From Methanomassiliicoccaceae archaeon (GTDB lineage: Archaea > Thermoplasmatota > Thermoplasmata > Methanomassiliicoccales > Methanomethylophilaceae): a stretch of DNA of 42,310 bases. Of the stretch, positions 1 to 9,182 are shown piece by piece (within the stretch, counting starts at the first letter, position 1; the number at the start of each line of letters is the position of its first letter). Under the pieces are notes generated by a model. It was not told where the DNA came from and made no database searches. It saw only the letters and a list, made by a program, of their open reading frames with translations. Position numbers and translations under genes: made by a program. Location: positions 1 to 42,310 of the forward strand of contig WRNL01000001.1 in assembly GCA_009776625.1 (NCBI GenBank). The letters are read 5' to 3'.

Positions 1-1
1 C

Positions 2-667
2 GGGGGGCGGCCCCTCCTGGACGGCCATCGGGTAGAACAGGCGCACCGCCATGCGGCGCAGGTACTCGGACAGCGGCGTGCGCCCCCCCTCGGCGTCTGG
101 AGGGGGCAGGGCGACCGTGCGGCCGTCGGCGACCGCCCCCGGCGCGGCCGAGAAGAGCGTGGCCATGCTTAGGAACTGCAGGAACAGCTCCATGTTGTCG
201 AACACGCTGCACCCGGCCGCCTCTATGAACGCGTCCTCGATTATGTTGTCTATCAGCGAGAGCGCCATCGTACGGGACTTGGTCGAGGCGCGGGGGTCCG
301 TCAGCACGCGGCGGGGGAAGTCCGAATACAGGATATGGAGGCTCTCGTGGATGTTCTGCCCCCGCGTCACCATGCGCAGCGCATGCCACTGGTCGGAGGA
401 GAGGTGGCGCCCGATCAGGAGGTAGTCCTCTGCCTTCTCGAGCGCAGGCCTGTCCTCGAACAGGCCGCCCATTGCGGGGTCCACCACGATGTTCCGCCCG
501 TCCGTGAACGCCTCGCCCTCGTTGACGAAGAAGAGCCGCACCCCCTCATCCTCGGTCAGCACCTGCGCGAAGCCCTCCTCGATGGCGCGGTTCCGCTCGC
601 ACTGGAAGAGCCGCAGGGCCTCGCTGCCCTTCCCATGGCTGGCGCCCGTACCATCACCCCCGCTCAC
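2..667 (-). CDS. HExxH metallopeptidase-like / probable vWA (CobT/NorD-like) partner of the AAA+ ATPase; 3' end runs off the window
   Basis: Not in the ORF track. Manual translation from GTG at 667 (GTGA overlap with the ATPase stop) gives MSGGDG...AFTDGRNIVVDP...GQNIHESLHILYSDF...DNIIEDAFIE, open to the window edge. Confidence 0.75.
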   Translation of the reverse strand, partial: MSGGDGTGASHGKGSEALRLFQCERNRAIEEGFAQVLTEDEGVRLFFVNEGEAFTDGRNIVVDPAMGGLFEDRPALEKAEDYLLIGRHLSSDQWHALRMVTRGQNIHESLHILYSDFPRRVLTDPRASTKSRTMALSLIDNIIEDAFIEAAGCSVFDNMELFLQFLSMATLFSAAPGAVADGRTVALPPPDAEGGRTPLSEYLRRMAVRLFYPMAVQEGPPP

Positions 668-2193
668 GCCCATTTGTACAGGGCGAGGATCCCCCGGATG
701 ACGTCCTCCATGACACGGTCGCATTTGGCTATGGGGACTATCGTCTTCTCGGCGGCGGGCATGTAGCCTTCGTACTTCGCCAGCCTCGCCCAGTTCTCCA
801 GGTTGCGCGGGGAGATCACGATGTCGAGCTCCTCGCTCTCGATCTTCCTCTTGAGCTTGTGGTACACCCCCAGGATCTTGTCCGTCTTGCCCTTGCACTC
901 GGGCACGCGGGCCGTCAGCATCCTGGCGATGGCCTCGTCGGACAGGGAGGCGATCTCCACGATGGCGTTGAAGCGGTTGTACAGCGCCTGGTTGAGCTCC
1001 TTCGTGCCGAAGTAGCCCATGTTCATGGTGGCGAAGAAACGGAAGTCGGGGTGCCGGCGGACCACCTCGCCGTTGTCCAGCCGCACGAAGCCGTTGTCGT
1101 CGAGGAGGGAGTTCAGGAAGGCCAGGTGCTGCGGCTTGGCGAAGTTTATCTCCTCGAACACCACCGCGCCGCCGTCCCTTATGGCCTTCGTGACGTAGCT
1201 CTCCTTGAACACGATCCTGTCCCCCTCGGGGATGAACTTACCCAGCACGAACTCGTCCAGGCTCTCTGTGCAGTTCACCACGTCCATTATAGGCAGGCGG
1301 ACCTCCTGGCACACCAGCTTGCAGGACATGGTCTTGCCGGTGCCGGCGGGCCCGTGGAACAGCACGGCGCGGACGTCGCCGTTGGTGACGGCGCTGCATA
1401 TGTTCCTCACCGCCCTCGGCGTCTGGAACTCGGGGGGAAGCGAGGGTATGAGCGGCCTGTGCTCGGGCAGGAACGCGTCCTCGTCGAAGGGGACTACATC
1501 TATGTCCCTCCCCTGCCTCAGCGACTTCCTGTTCTCCGCTACCACCTTGTAGCCCTCCCTGAACGACAGCATGTCCCCGGGGTCGAATCCGCTGAGGTTC
1601 GCATACGACACCTCGTGCTCGTCGAGCTTGTGCGCCTGGTAGAAGTCCTCGTGCAGGTTCACGAAGGCGTCGGCGGCGGGGGACTCGGCGTAGCCCATGA
1701 ACGCCGAGCCGAAGCCGGGGTCCGACCTGCACTCGCGGGCCAGCAGGACGCAGAAACAGGGCAGCAGCTTGTAGAGCGGGCCCAGGTGGTCCATGCCGCC
1801 GTCGATCCAGCGGCCCATCGCGTCATATGCCGCGATGGTGACCCTGTCCTCCTCCGAGAGGGCGTCGTACCTGTACAGACCGGGCTCCACGACCCCCTCC
1901 CGCCTCCAGTCCTCCGGGACGTCGATGGTCAGGAACACCTTGGAGCCGTCCTCGTTGTAGAAATAATCCCCCGTTACGTCGTCCTCGCCCCTGGAGACGG
2001 CGCGGACGAGGGACGAGAACAGGGATACCGCCTCGCCGATCGGCTGGCAGAGGGACGTCGTCCCGTTCTGCGACTGGTTGTTCGGATGCACGTAGTACTG
2101 CGTGGCGTCGGAATGGTGCCTGAAGCCGAACCCTTTGTAGATCTCCTTGCCGTTCTCCCGCGCTTTCTTGTACGATATCTTGAAGATGTTCAT
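664..2193 (-). CDS. MoxR/CbbQ/NorQ-type AAA+ ATPase with a long N-terminal extension
   Basis: Walker A GPAGTGKT, Walker B VVFEEIN, sensor-1 ATMN, Arg-finger ALYNRF, C-terminal ISPRNL. Confidence 0.9.
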   Translation of the reverse strand: MNIFKISYKKARENGKEIYKGFGFRHHSDATQYYVHPNNQSQNGTTSLCQPIGEAVSLFSSLVRAVSRGEDDVTGDYFYNEDGSKVFLTIDVPEDWRREGVVEPGLYRYDALSEEDRVTIAAYDAMGRWIDGGMDHLGPLYKLLPCFCVLLARECRSDPGFGSAFMGYAESPAADAFVNLHEDFYQAHKLDEHEVSYANLSGFDPGDMLSFREGYKVVAENRKSLRQGRDIDVVPFDEDAFLPEHRPLIPSLPPEFQTPRAVRNICSAVTNGDVRAVLFHGPAGTGKTMSCKLVCQEVRLPIMDVVNCTESLDEFVLGKFIPEGDRIVFKESYVTKAIRDGGAVVFEEINFAKPQHLAFLNSLLDDNGFVRLDNGEVVRRHPDFRFFATMNMGYFGTKELNQALYNRFNAIVEIASLSDEAIARMLTARVPECKGKTDKILGVYHKLKRKIESEELDIVISPRNLENWARLAKYEGYMPAAEKTIVPIAKCDRVMEDVIRGILALYKWA

Positions 2194-2307
2194 CCTGCCG
2201 CCTCGACGCCGCCCCCTCCGTCGGCAGGGGGGGCGGTTCGGAATGTTGTCGCGTACTTAAGGCTCTGTCGGGAGGCGGGGCCGGCGGCCGGCGGCCCCCC
2301 TTCTACT

Positions 2308-2817
2308 TCAGTCGCCAGAGAACATCCTGCGGATTCGCTCGATCTCCTCTCCGGGGATGTGGCAGTAGCCGCCGGGGTTCTTGTCCAGGTAGCGCTGGTG
2401 ATACCCCTCTGCGGGGGAATAGTTCTCCAGCGGGCACGCCTCCGTGTGGAATTCGGGATGCCTGCCCCTCTCCTTCTCGAAATACGCGGTGACGGCCTTC
2501 CCTGAACGCTCGTCCGTCCAGTACACGCCGGTCCTGTACTGTATGCCCCGGTCGTTCCCTTGGCGGTCCTGCTGCGAAGGGTCTATGACCATGAAGAAGG
2601 CCTCGAGGAGGCTTTCCAGAGAGACGGCGCGGGGGTCGTAGCAGACCTTGACCGCCTCGCAGTAGCCGAACCTGCCGGAACACACCGTCATGTAGTCTGG
2701 GGTCAACAGCCTGTGCCCGTTCGCATAGCCGCATTCCGTGCCAGTCACCCCTTTTATGACGGAGAACGCCTTCTCGAGCCCCCAGAAGCACCCTCCCGCT
2801 AAGTATATGACGGACAT
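2308..2817 (-). CDS. msrA: Peptide-methionine (S)-S-oxide reductase
   Basis: AGGCFWG active site, QGNDRGIQYRT, AEGYHQRYL and terminal GYCH. Start taken at MSVIYLAGG. Confidence 0.95.
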   Translation of the reverse strand: MSVIYLAGGCFWGLEKAFSVIKGVTGTECGYANGHRLLTPDYMTVCSGRFGYCEAVKVCYDPRAVSLESLLEAFFMVIDPSQQDRQGNDRGIQYRTGVYWTDERSGKAVTAYFEKERGRHPEFHTEACPLENYSPAEGYHQRYLDKNPGGYCHIPGEEIERIRRMFSGD

Positions 2818-2904
2818 CCCGCCGCAGACGCCCGTCCCATGCTCATTCATGGGCAAGCCACCGGCATGCGGCTATTTAACCGGCATGCGCTACGCAAGTG
2901 TGTT

Positions 2905-2920
2905 CGGTAAGTTTAATTAG
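2905..2920 (+). promoter_or_regulatory. Putative archaeal BRE/TATA promoter of tRNA-His
   Basis: TTTAATTA at 2912-2919, about 30 nt upstream of the tRNA 5' end, in otherwise GC-rich DNA. Confidence 0.5.
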
Positions 2921-2948
2921 GTGCAGATGTAATCAGCGGGCGAAATAT

Positions 2949-3023
2949 GGCCGGGATGGGGTAGCTTGGTTATCCTAGGGGACTGTGGATCCCTTGACTC
3001 GGGTTCAAATCTCGGTCCCGGCC
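2949..3023 (+). tRNA. tRNA-His(GUG) with genome-encoded G-1; CCA not encoded
   Basis: Acceptor GCCGGGA/TCCCGGC, anticodon loop CTGTGGA, T-loop TTCAAAT, G2949 opposite discriminator C3023. Confidence 0.95.
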
Positions 3024-3201
3024 CCTTCCTTTGACCCTTTCCCAAATGCGGATGACGGCATCCTTGCCTGTCCCGCAGGCAAGATTATAGAGAAGGACTC
3101 TCTACGTTCGGATAGAGAGGCGGGCGGGAGGCGGGAAGCCACGCTGATTAGCATTTTGCACGCACTGTGTGCAGAATCCCCGCCGGCAAGGAGGCGACGA
3201 C

Positions 3202-4653
3202 ATGGCATGGGAAGGGAAGCTGAACAGGATCGATGACAACAGGTGGGAGATACCGGAGGGCGCGGTCCCCGGCATGAGGACCAATGCGGTTATATACGCC
3301 AGCGAGGGCATGATCGGCCGGATCCGCGCCGACAACGCCCCGCTGCAGGCCGCCAACGTCGCCTGCCTCCCAGGGATCGTCGGGAGCTCCCTGGCTATGC
3401 CGGACATACACTGGGGCTACGGGTTCCCCATAGGGGGCGTCGCCGCCGTCGATGCGGACGGCGGGTCGATATCCCCCGGGGGCATAGGGTTCGACATCAA
3501 CTGCGGGGTCCGCCTGATAAGGACGGACCTCACCGTCGGGGACCTCGGCGGGAAGGTGGGCGCCCTGGTGGACGAGCTGTACAAGAACGTGCCGTCGGGG
3601 CTGGGGTCCAAGGGCCTCACGAAGATCGGCAACAGGGAGATGGACGACATACTCGTGAACGGCTCGGAGTGGGCCGTGGAGAACGGGTACGGCTGGGAGC
3701 GCGACCTGGAGGCCACAGAGGACGGCGGGAGGATGCAGGGCGCGGACCCGGCGACGGTGAGCGACAGGGCGCGCAAGAGGGGGATACCCCAGCTCGGCTC
3801 CCTCGGCTCCGGCAACCACTTCCTGGAGCTGGACGTCGTCAGCGACGTGTACGACGAGGCAGCTGCCAAAAAGTTCGGGCTGAGGAAGGGCGCCGTGACC
3901 GTCACCGTCCACTGCGGCTCCAGGGGGTGCGGCCACCAGGTGGCCACCGAGTACCTCCAGGAGATGGAGAGGTACGTCAGGAGCAACGGCGTCGGGCTCC
4001 CGGACAGGCAGCTCGCCTGCGCCCCCCTCGGCTCCGCTCTCGGCGACGACTACTACAGGGCGATGTGCTGCGGGGCGAACTACGCCTGGGCGAACAGGCA
4101 GATGATCACCCACTGGGTGAGGGAGTCCTTCGAGAGGGTCCTCGGCGGAACGGCGGAGGGCATGGGGATGGACATGGTCTACGACGTGGCCCACAACATA
4201 GCGAAGAAGGAGCGCCACGAGGTGGACGGCCACACGGCAGAGGTGCTCGTCCACAGGAAGGGGGCGACCCGCGCCTTCGCGCCAGGGCGGCCCGAGATAT
4301 CCCCCATGTACAGGGACGTGGGGCAGCCTGTGATCATCCCTGGCGACATGAGGGCGGGGACCTACGTCCTGGTCGGCAGGAAGGGCGCCATGGAGGAGAC
4401 GTTCGGGTCCACCTGCCACGGGGCAGGGCGGAAGATGTCCCGGAAGGCCGCCGTCGGCGGCCTCAGGGCGTCCGACGTCAAGAAAGAGATGAGGGACAGC
4501 AACATCTACCTCAGGAGCGGGTCCGAGGAGGGGCTGCTCGAGGAGGCCCCCGCCGCGTACAAGGACGTGGACGAGGTCATCAGGGTGGTCTGCGCCGCGG
4601 GGCTCACCGACAAGGTGGCCAAGCTCACCCCCATCGGGGTCGTCAAAGGCTGA
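3202..4653 (+). CDS. rtcB: RNA-splicing ligase RtcB
   Basis: MPDIHWGYGFPIGG, GFDINCGVR, GSGNHFLE, HCGSRG, HNIAK, HRKGAT, CHGAGR and EEAPAAYKD motifs. Confidence 0.97.
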   Translation: MAWEGKLNRIDDNRWEIPEGAVPGMRTNAVIYASEGMIGRIRADNAPLQAANVACLPGIVGSSLAMPDIHWGYGFPIGGVAAVDADGGSISPGGIGFDINCGVRLIRTDLTVGDLGGKVGALVDELYKNVPSGLGSKGLTKIGNREMDDILVNGSEWAVENGYGWERDLEATEDGGRMQGADPATVSDRARKRGIPQLGSLGSGNHFLELDVVSDVYDEAAAKKFGLRKGAVTVTVHCGSRGCGHQVATEYLQEMERYVRSNGVGLPDRQLACAPLGSALGDDYYRAMCCGANYAWANRQMITHWVRESFERVLGGTAEGMGMDMVYDVAHNIAKKERHEVDGHTAEVLVHRKGATRAFAPGRPEISPMYRDVGQPVIIPGDMRAGTYVLVGRKGAMEETFGSTCHGAGRKMSRKAAVGGLRASDVKKEMRDSNIYLRSGSEEGLLEEAPAAYKDVDEVIRVVCAAGLTDKVAKLTPIGVVKG

Positions 4654-5956
4654 GCGCCCTCTTCGTCGCCCTGGCGACGGCATCCCTGTGCTCCGCGGGG
4701 GAGGCCACCAGCAGGGACCAGCCGAACACGTCCCTCGACTGCAGCGCCTTCGCCACCGGGGACAGGCGTGCCAGGGACCTCACCCTCCCCTCCGGGTCGA
4801 TCACCGACACGTCCGTCTTCCCGATGCTCATCTTGGAGAGCAGCGCCGATGCCGGGGGGATGTCGACCGCGACCTCGTGGGCGCCCACCCCCGCGCGGTC
4901 CGCTATCTCCGCCTCCAGCTGCCTCCTCTTCAGATACGAGGTGAGCCCGGACAGGCGCGACAGCAGCTCCTCCGGCGCATCCTCGGCGGGCACCGTCACG
5001 GCGGCCTTGTACAGCGCCCTGTCCTGGATGGCCCCGGCTATCATCGACGGCACGCCGCCCTCGGCGGCCAGGCGGCCCATGAGCCCTGCGTCGTCCCACA
5101 GGTACATCTCCCCCGCATCGATGGACGACGCCTCGACGGACTTCATCAGCATCATCCTGATTATCCTGACCGTCCTGTGGAAATAGACGGACGAGTGCAT
5201 AAGCGACCTGGCCACCATGAGGCCCTCGGCGGCCGCCGTGCCGCCCCTCTCGATCACGATCCTGTCGTTGTGGACCCTCATGGTCGCTATCAGCCTGTCG
5301 ATGTCCACCTTCCCGTGGGCGACGCCGGTGTGGTGCGCGTCCCTCGCGAGGTAGTCCATCTGGTCGGCATCCACCGGCCCGTGTATTATCTGGTGTGTGA
5401 AGTCCCTCGGGGAGAAATGCCCCGCCCTCCTGCCGTCGCCGAATGCGTCAAGGCCCCCGCCGGGCGACCCGGGGCGCGTTATCAGCCCGCACACCTTCCC
5501 GGGCGGGATCCCATTCGCCTCCAGGACCTCGCATATCGGCAGGGCCCCCGCGAGGATATCGTCGTCCCTCTCGCCGTGCGCCCCGATCGCGCCCATGACC
5601 AGCCTCTCAGCGGCCTCCATGTGGTCCATCCCGGTGGCATGCCCGAACAGCTCCTCGGTCATGTGCGAGAAGGGGGTGTGGCACACGTCGTGCAACAGCC
5701 CCGCCGCCCTGACCGCCAGGGAGTCCTCCTCCGACAGCCCGAGGGAGGAGGCCATCCTGCCGGCGAGGTGGTAAACCCCGAGCGAGTGCTCGAACCTCGT
5801 GTGGTTGGCCCCCGGGAACACGAGGCACCCGAGGCCCAGCTGCTTGACCCCCCTCAGCCTCTGCATCTCGCGCCTGTCGAGGATCTCGAGGAACGGCCCG
5901 TCGACCACGATGCTCCCGTGGACGGGGTCGTGTATAACCTTGGACGTCTGAGGCAT
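4643..5956 (-). CDS. HD-domain phosphohydrolase (dNTP triphosphohydrolase-like)
   Basis: IHDPVHG, QRLRGVKQLG, HTRFEHSLG, LLHDVCHTPFSH, DADQMDYLARD, VYFH. Confidence 0.9.
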   Translation of the reverse strand: MPQTSKVIHDPVHGSIVVDGPFLEILDRREMQRLRGVKQLGLGCLVFPGANHTRFEHSLGVYHLAGRMASSLGLSEEDSLAVRAAGLLHDVCHTPFSHMTEELFGHATGMDHMEAAERLVMGAIGAHGERDDDILAGALPICEVLEANGIPPGKVCGLITRPGSPGGGLDAFGDGRRAGHFSPRDFTHQIIHGPVDADQMDYLARDAHHTGVAHGKVDIDRLIATMRVHNDRIVIERGGTAAAEGLMVARSLMHSSVYFHRTVRIIRMMLMKSVEASSIDAGEMYLWDDAGLMGRLAAEGGVPSMIAGAIQDRALYKAAVTVPAEDAPEELLSRLSGLTSYLKRRQLEAEIADRAGVGAHEVAVDIPPASALLSKMSIGKTDVSVIDPEGRVRSLARLSPVAKALQSRDVFGWSLLVASPAEHRDAVARATKRALSL

Positions 5957-5958
5957 GC

Positions 5959-6309
5959 TCACTCCCTGTACGTTATCTTGCACTTGTCTATGCCGAGGCC
6001 GCCCGGGCTCAGCACCATCAGCCTGTCCGACGCCTCCGTGAACGCCCCGCCGACGTCCTTCGCCGCCTCGCGGAGGCGCCTCGACATGTCCTTCTTCGCG
6101 GCGTCCCCGTCGGCGAACCTCGAGAAGTCAAGCACCAGCACGTTCCCCCTGTACGCCATGTCCGTCAGCGCCCTCAGGTCGCGGTGGGATGCCACCTCAA
6201 CCACCTTGACCCTCGCGTCAGACTGGGCGTACACGGGCTCCACGTAGCCGTCCAGGTCTACGAACGCCCTGCCCGCCGCCCCTGGCGCCCCGCTCCTGCC
6301 GCCGAACAC
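5959..6309 (-). CDS. sepF: Cell division protein SepF (archaeal type)
   Basis: FVDL N-terminal motif, YRGNVLVLDF, KDVGG, MVLSPGG; 116 aa. Confidence 0.75.
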   Translation of the reverse strand: MFGGRSGAPGAAGRAFVDLDGYVEPVYAQSDARVKVVEVASHRDLRALTDMAYRGNVLVLDFSRFADGDAAKKDMSRRLREAAKDVGGAFTEASDRLMVLSPGGLGIDKCKITYRE

Positions 6310-6313
6310 CGCC

Positions 6314-6805
6314 TCACTCCCCCGTCTTCCAGAGCTTGTCCCCGACGTTGTGGATGCTCCTCACCGCCTTCCCCGGCGCCTTCAGGGCGAGCTCGCCCCC
6401 GTCCCTCTCCGACACCCCTATCGCGAGGGGCATCCCGTTCCTGACGTCCCTTATCCAGACGAGGTCCCCCGCCTTTATGGAGGGGTCCGCGTCGACGATG
6501 CCGGGGCCCATGCAGTCCGCCCCGTTGGTTATGAACGGCACCGCCCCCATGTCCACGGTCACGTGCCTCTTCGCCGGAGCATACTTCATGACGCCCCTCA
6601 CGGTGAGGAACGGCCTCCCCCCGTACACCAGGCCCAGTATGTCGCCGCCCACGAACAGCAGGTCGAAGTCCGAGCTCTCCGCGAAGTCCACAGGGTCATC
6701 CTCGGTGAACACCGGGGCGCCGAGAGCCCCCTCCAGCTCGGACGACAGCGCCTTGATCTCCTTGGCCCTCATCCTCTTCCTTTTCCTTATCCTGATGTCT
6801 GCCAT
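6314..6805 (-). CDS. PUA-domain RNA-binding protein (DUF1947/MCTS1-like)
   Basis: VTVDMGAVPFITNGADCMGPGI, GKAV..IH.VGD.LW. Confidence 0.9.
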   Translation of the reverse strand: MADIRIRKRKRMRAKEIKALSSELEGALGAPVFTEDDPVDFAESSDFDLLFVGGDILGLVYGGRPFLTVRGVMKYAPAKRHVTVDMGAVPFITNGADCMGPGIVDADPSIKAGDLVWIRDVRNGMPLAIGVSERDGGELALKAPGKAVRSIHNVGDKLWKTGE

Positions 6806-6889
6806 CTTGTAATCCTATGGCCCTCGGGGTTTTCATACTTTTTGCTCTGGAAGCGGGCACAGCCCCATGAGGAGGTGGAGGCATTGGCG

Positions 6890-7010
6890 AAAAGTGGTAT
6901 GGAAAATGCAACGGTTCCTGGAAAAAGTGGTATGGAAAATGCAACGGTTCCTGGAAAAAGTGGTATGGAAAATGCAACGGTTCCTGGAAAAAGTGGTATG
7001 GAAAATGCAA
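6890..7010. repeat. Perfect 33-bp tandem repeat, about 3.7 copies (AAAAGTGGTATGGAAAATGCAACGGTTCCTGGA)
   Basis: Identical units start at 6890, 6923, 6956 and 6989, with no spacers. Confidence 0.97.
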
Positions 7011-7050
7011 GCCAGCAAAATATTAATAACCAAAGCACAGATACGACCGC

Positions 7051-8376
7051 ATGGAAAGGGCGATATACGACGAGCTCCTAAAATGGAAGGGTCGGAAGAA
7101 CCGCAAGCCGTTGTTGCTTGAAGGGGTGAGGCAGTGCGGCAAGACGTACATCCTCAAGGAACTCGGGGAACGCGCCTACAAGAACACAGTTTATTTCAAT
7201 TTTGAAAAGGACCCTGGCATCAGCGACATATTCCAATCAGACCTCGACCCAAGAAGGATGATAGAGCAGCTATCCGTCAAATCCAGGACGAAAATCGAGC
7301 CAGGGGAGACCCTGATGATATTCGACGAGATACAGTCCTGCGGGCGGGCCCTGACATCGCTCAAGTATTTCTGCGAGGACGCCCCGGATTACCACATCGC
7401 ATGCGCAGGGTCCCTGTTGGGAGTGCTGACGTCCAAACCGTATTCCTTCCCTGTGGGCAAGGTGGACAGGCTGAGGATGGGGCCCATGAGCTTCAGGGAG
7501 TTCCTTCTCGCCAACTCGGAAGAGCGCCTGGTGGGGTTCATAGACAAGGCCGACCCGACAGGGTGGCTGTCGGAATCCGTCGCCAACGACCTGAGGACCT
7601 ACCTCGACTATTACCTGATGGTCGGCGGCATGCCGGCCGCCGTGTCCGCATGGGTCCATGAGAAGGACGTCAACATGGTCGAGGCGGAGCTCGAGAGGAT
7701 CTTGGCAGACTACAAGAGCGATTTCTCGAAGCATGCGTCGGAATCCATCTCGAACATAACGTTCATATGGAACTCAATACCGGCGCAGTTGGGGAAGGAG
7801 AACCAGAAGTTCATGTTCGGACACGTGAGAGCCGGTGCCCGCGCCAAGGACCTGGAGGACGACCTGCAATGGCTCATCAACGCCGGGCTGGTCCATAAAG
7901 TGAAGAAGGTTGATCCCCCCCATATACCCCTCCCCATGAATGCGGAAAGCACCAGCTTCAAGATCTACATGGTCGATGTGGGGATACTCCGAAAAGTGGC
8001 CGGGATCCCGCCTGATTTCATATTCAGCCGGGACAAAGGGTGCGAGACCTTCAGATGGATCGCTGCTGAGAACTATGTGCTGGGCGAGCTCGTCAACATG
8101 CTGGGGGACACCCCGTACTATTGGAGGTCGGAGAACACCGCAGAGGTGGATTTCATCGCACAGGTGGGCATGGAGGTGGTGCCGGTCGAAGTGAAGGCTG
8201 GCCGGAATCAGTCGAAGAGCCTGTCAGAGTACATAAGCCGGTATTCTCCGAAGGTCGCCGTGACCGTCTCGATGAAGAGCGGGCGGGAGGGCGTCCTCAA
8301 CAACATCCCTCTTTATGCGGCTTGGAGGATAAAAGACCATGTCAAGAACACCGTCGGGGTCGAGGGGCAGATCTGA
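7051..8376 (+). CDS. AAA_14 ATPase with DUF4143 (C-terminal PD-(D/E)XK-like) domain
   Basis: GVRQCGKT, IFDEIQ, VGGMPA, KIYMVDVG, AENYV, YYWR..EVDF...PVEVK. Confidence 0.92.
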   Translation: MERAIYDELLKWKGRKNRKPLLLEGVRQCGKTYILKELGERAYKNTVYFNFEKDPGISDIFQSDLDPRRMIEQLSVKSRTKIEPGETLMIFDEIQSCGRALTSLKYFCEDAPDYHIACAGSLLGVLTSKPYSFPVGKVDRLRMGPMSFREFLLANSEERLVGFIDKADPTGWLSESVANDLRTYLDYYLMVGGMPAAVSAWVHEKDVNMVEAELERILADYKSDFSKHASESISNITFIWNSIPAQLGKENQKFMFGHVRAGARAKDLEDDLQWLINAGLVHKVKKVDPPHIPLPMNAESTSFKIYMVDVGILRKVAGIPPDFIFSRDKGCETFRWIAAENYVLGELVNMLGDTPYYWRSENTAEVDFIAQVGMEVVPVEVKAGRNQSKSLSEYISRYSPKVAVTVSMKSGREGVLNNIPLYAAWRIKDHVKNTVGVEGQI

Positions 8377-8522
8377 CGACCATGCCGGGGCGGGGGGAAC
8401 ATATTAAATGCGAATGCCTTTGGGCATGACGCCAGACGTATAACGGAGAGTGTGTGGAAATGGGGATAAGCATCGGGATATGCGAGACAGAGGCCAAAAG
8501 CGCCCTGTGCAGAGACCTAAGG

Positions 8523-9182
8523 ATGAACGTAGTGAGGGTTCGCGTCGACGACGGCTCTGGGCTGGAAGGGCTCGCGGGGCACGACGACGTGGTGTCCCTT
8601 GAAGAAGCGAAGGCGCTCGTGGGGGACTGGGAGGCGTTCCTCAAGAGGAACAGGGTCAGCGCCGAGACGGACGCGGTGTACATGGACAAGCTGAAGAACG
8701 AGGGGGACATAGAACTCCTCCGGCCCAGAGCGGTCAGGAAAAGCACCGGGTGGGTCGACATGGGCAAGGTAAGCGCGGCGGACAGGGAGAGGGCGCTGGC
8801 ATCGTCCAAGAAAGAGAACCGCCTCACAGGGTGGGACATGCTCTCCTTCGACGAGATGAACGACACGTGCGGCAAGTGCAAGCTGTCCTGGGACAAGGGG
8901 CGCGGGTGCATCGGGTCCTTCGGGCCGGCCGACAGCCTGCTCCCGGGCATCGCAGAGAAACGCGGGTGCGCTATAACGGCCTCGGTCCCGGATGGGGCGC
9001 GTGACGGCAGGGTGTACACCCCCGAGGACGCGGCGGCCCTCCTGAAGGAGATAGAGCTGCTCACCAATGCCCTCCCTGAGGAGGGCAAGATGATGGTCAG
9101 GCGCTACAGCGGCTCCCTGGAGCGCATGGGCGCGGTGGCTAATATCTCGGTCAGCGAGGGCTGCGGGTTCTACTTCTTCTGA
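8523..9182 (+). CDS. Conserved hypothetical protein with a Cys cluster (CxxC-x9-C)
   Basis: Long ORF with host-like codon usage; TCGKCKLSWDKGRGCIG. Start uncertain (8454 or 8523). Confidence 0.75.
   Translation: MNVVRVRVDDGSGLEGLAGHDDVVSLEEAKALVGDWEAFLKRNRVSAETDAVYMDKLKNEGDIELLRPRAVRKSTGWVDMGKVSAADRERALASSKKENRLTGWDMLSFDEMNDTCGKCKLSWDKGRGCIGSFGPADSLLPGIAEKRGCAITASVPDGARDGRVYTPEDAAALLKEIELLTNALPEEGKMMVRRYSGSLERMGAVANISVSEGCGFYFF

Noticed and set aside
2949-3060. tRNA-His as the integration site of a mobile element
   Set aside because: No duplicated tRNA 3' end and no integrase were noticed in the window.
859-6247. Long antisense or alternate-frame ORFs (859-2505, 3148-4683, 3243-5186, 4688-6247 and similar ones elsewhere, e.g. 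17383-19560, 40722-42296)
   Set aside because: These are shadow ORFs of high-GC3 genes: Arg/Gly/Pro-rich, with no motifs, and overlapping well-supported genes.
6890-7010. CRISPR array
   Set aside because: Units are contiguous and identical with no unique spacers, and there are no cas genes in the window.
6696-7121. Repeat-containing ORFs in several frames (e.g. KSGMENATVPG repeats)
   Set aside because: The 33-bp unit lacks stops in all frames, so these ORFs arise automatically. They overlap real genes and the ATPase frame is closed by TAA at 7024.
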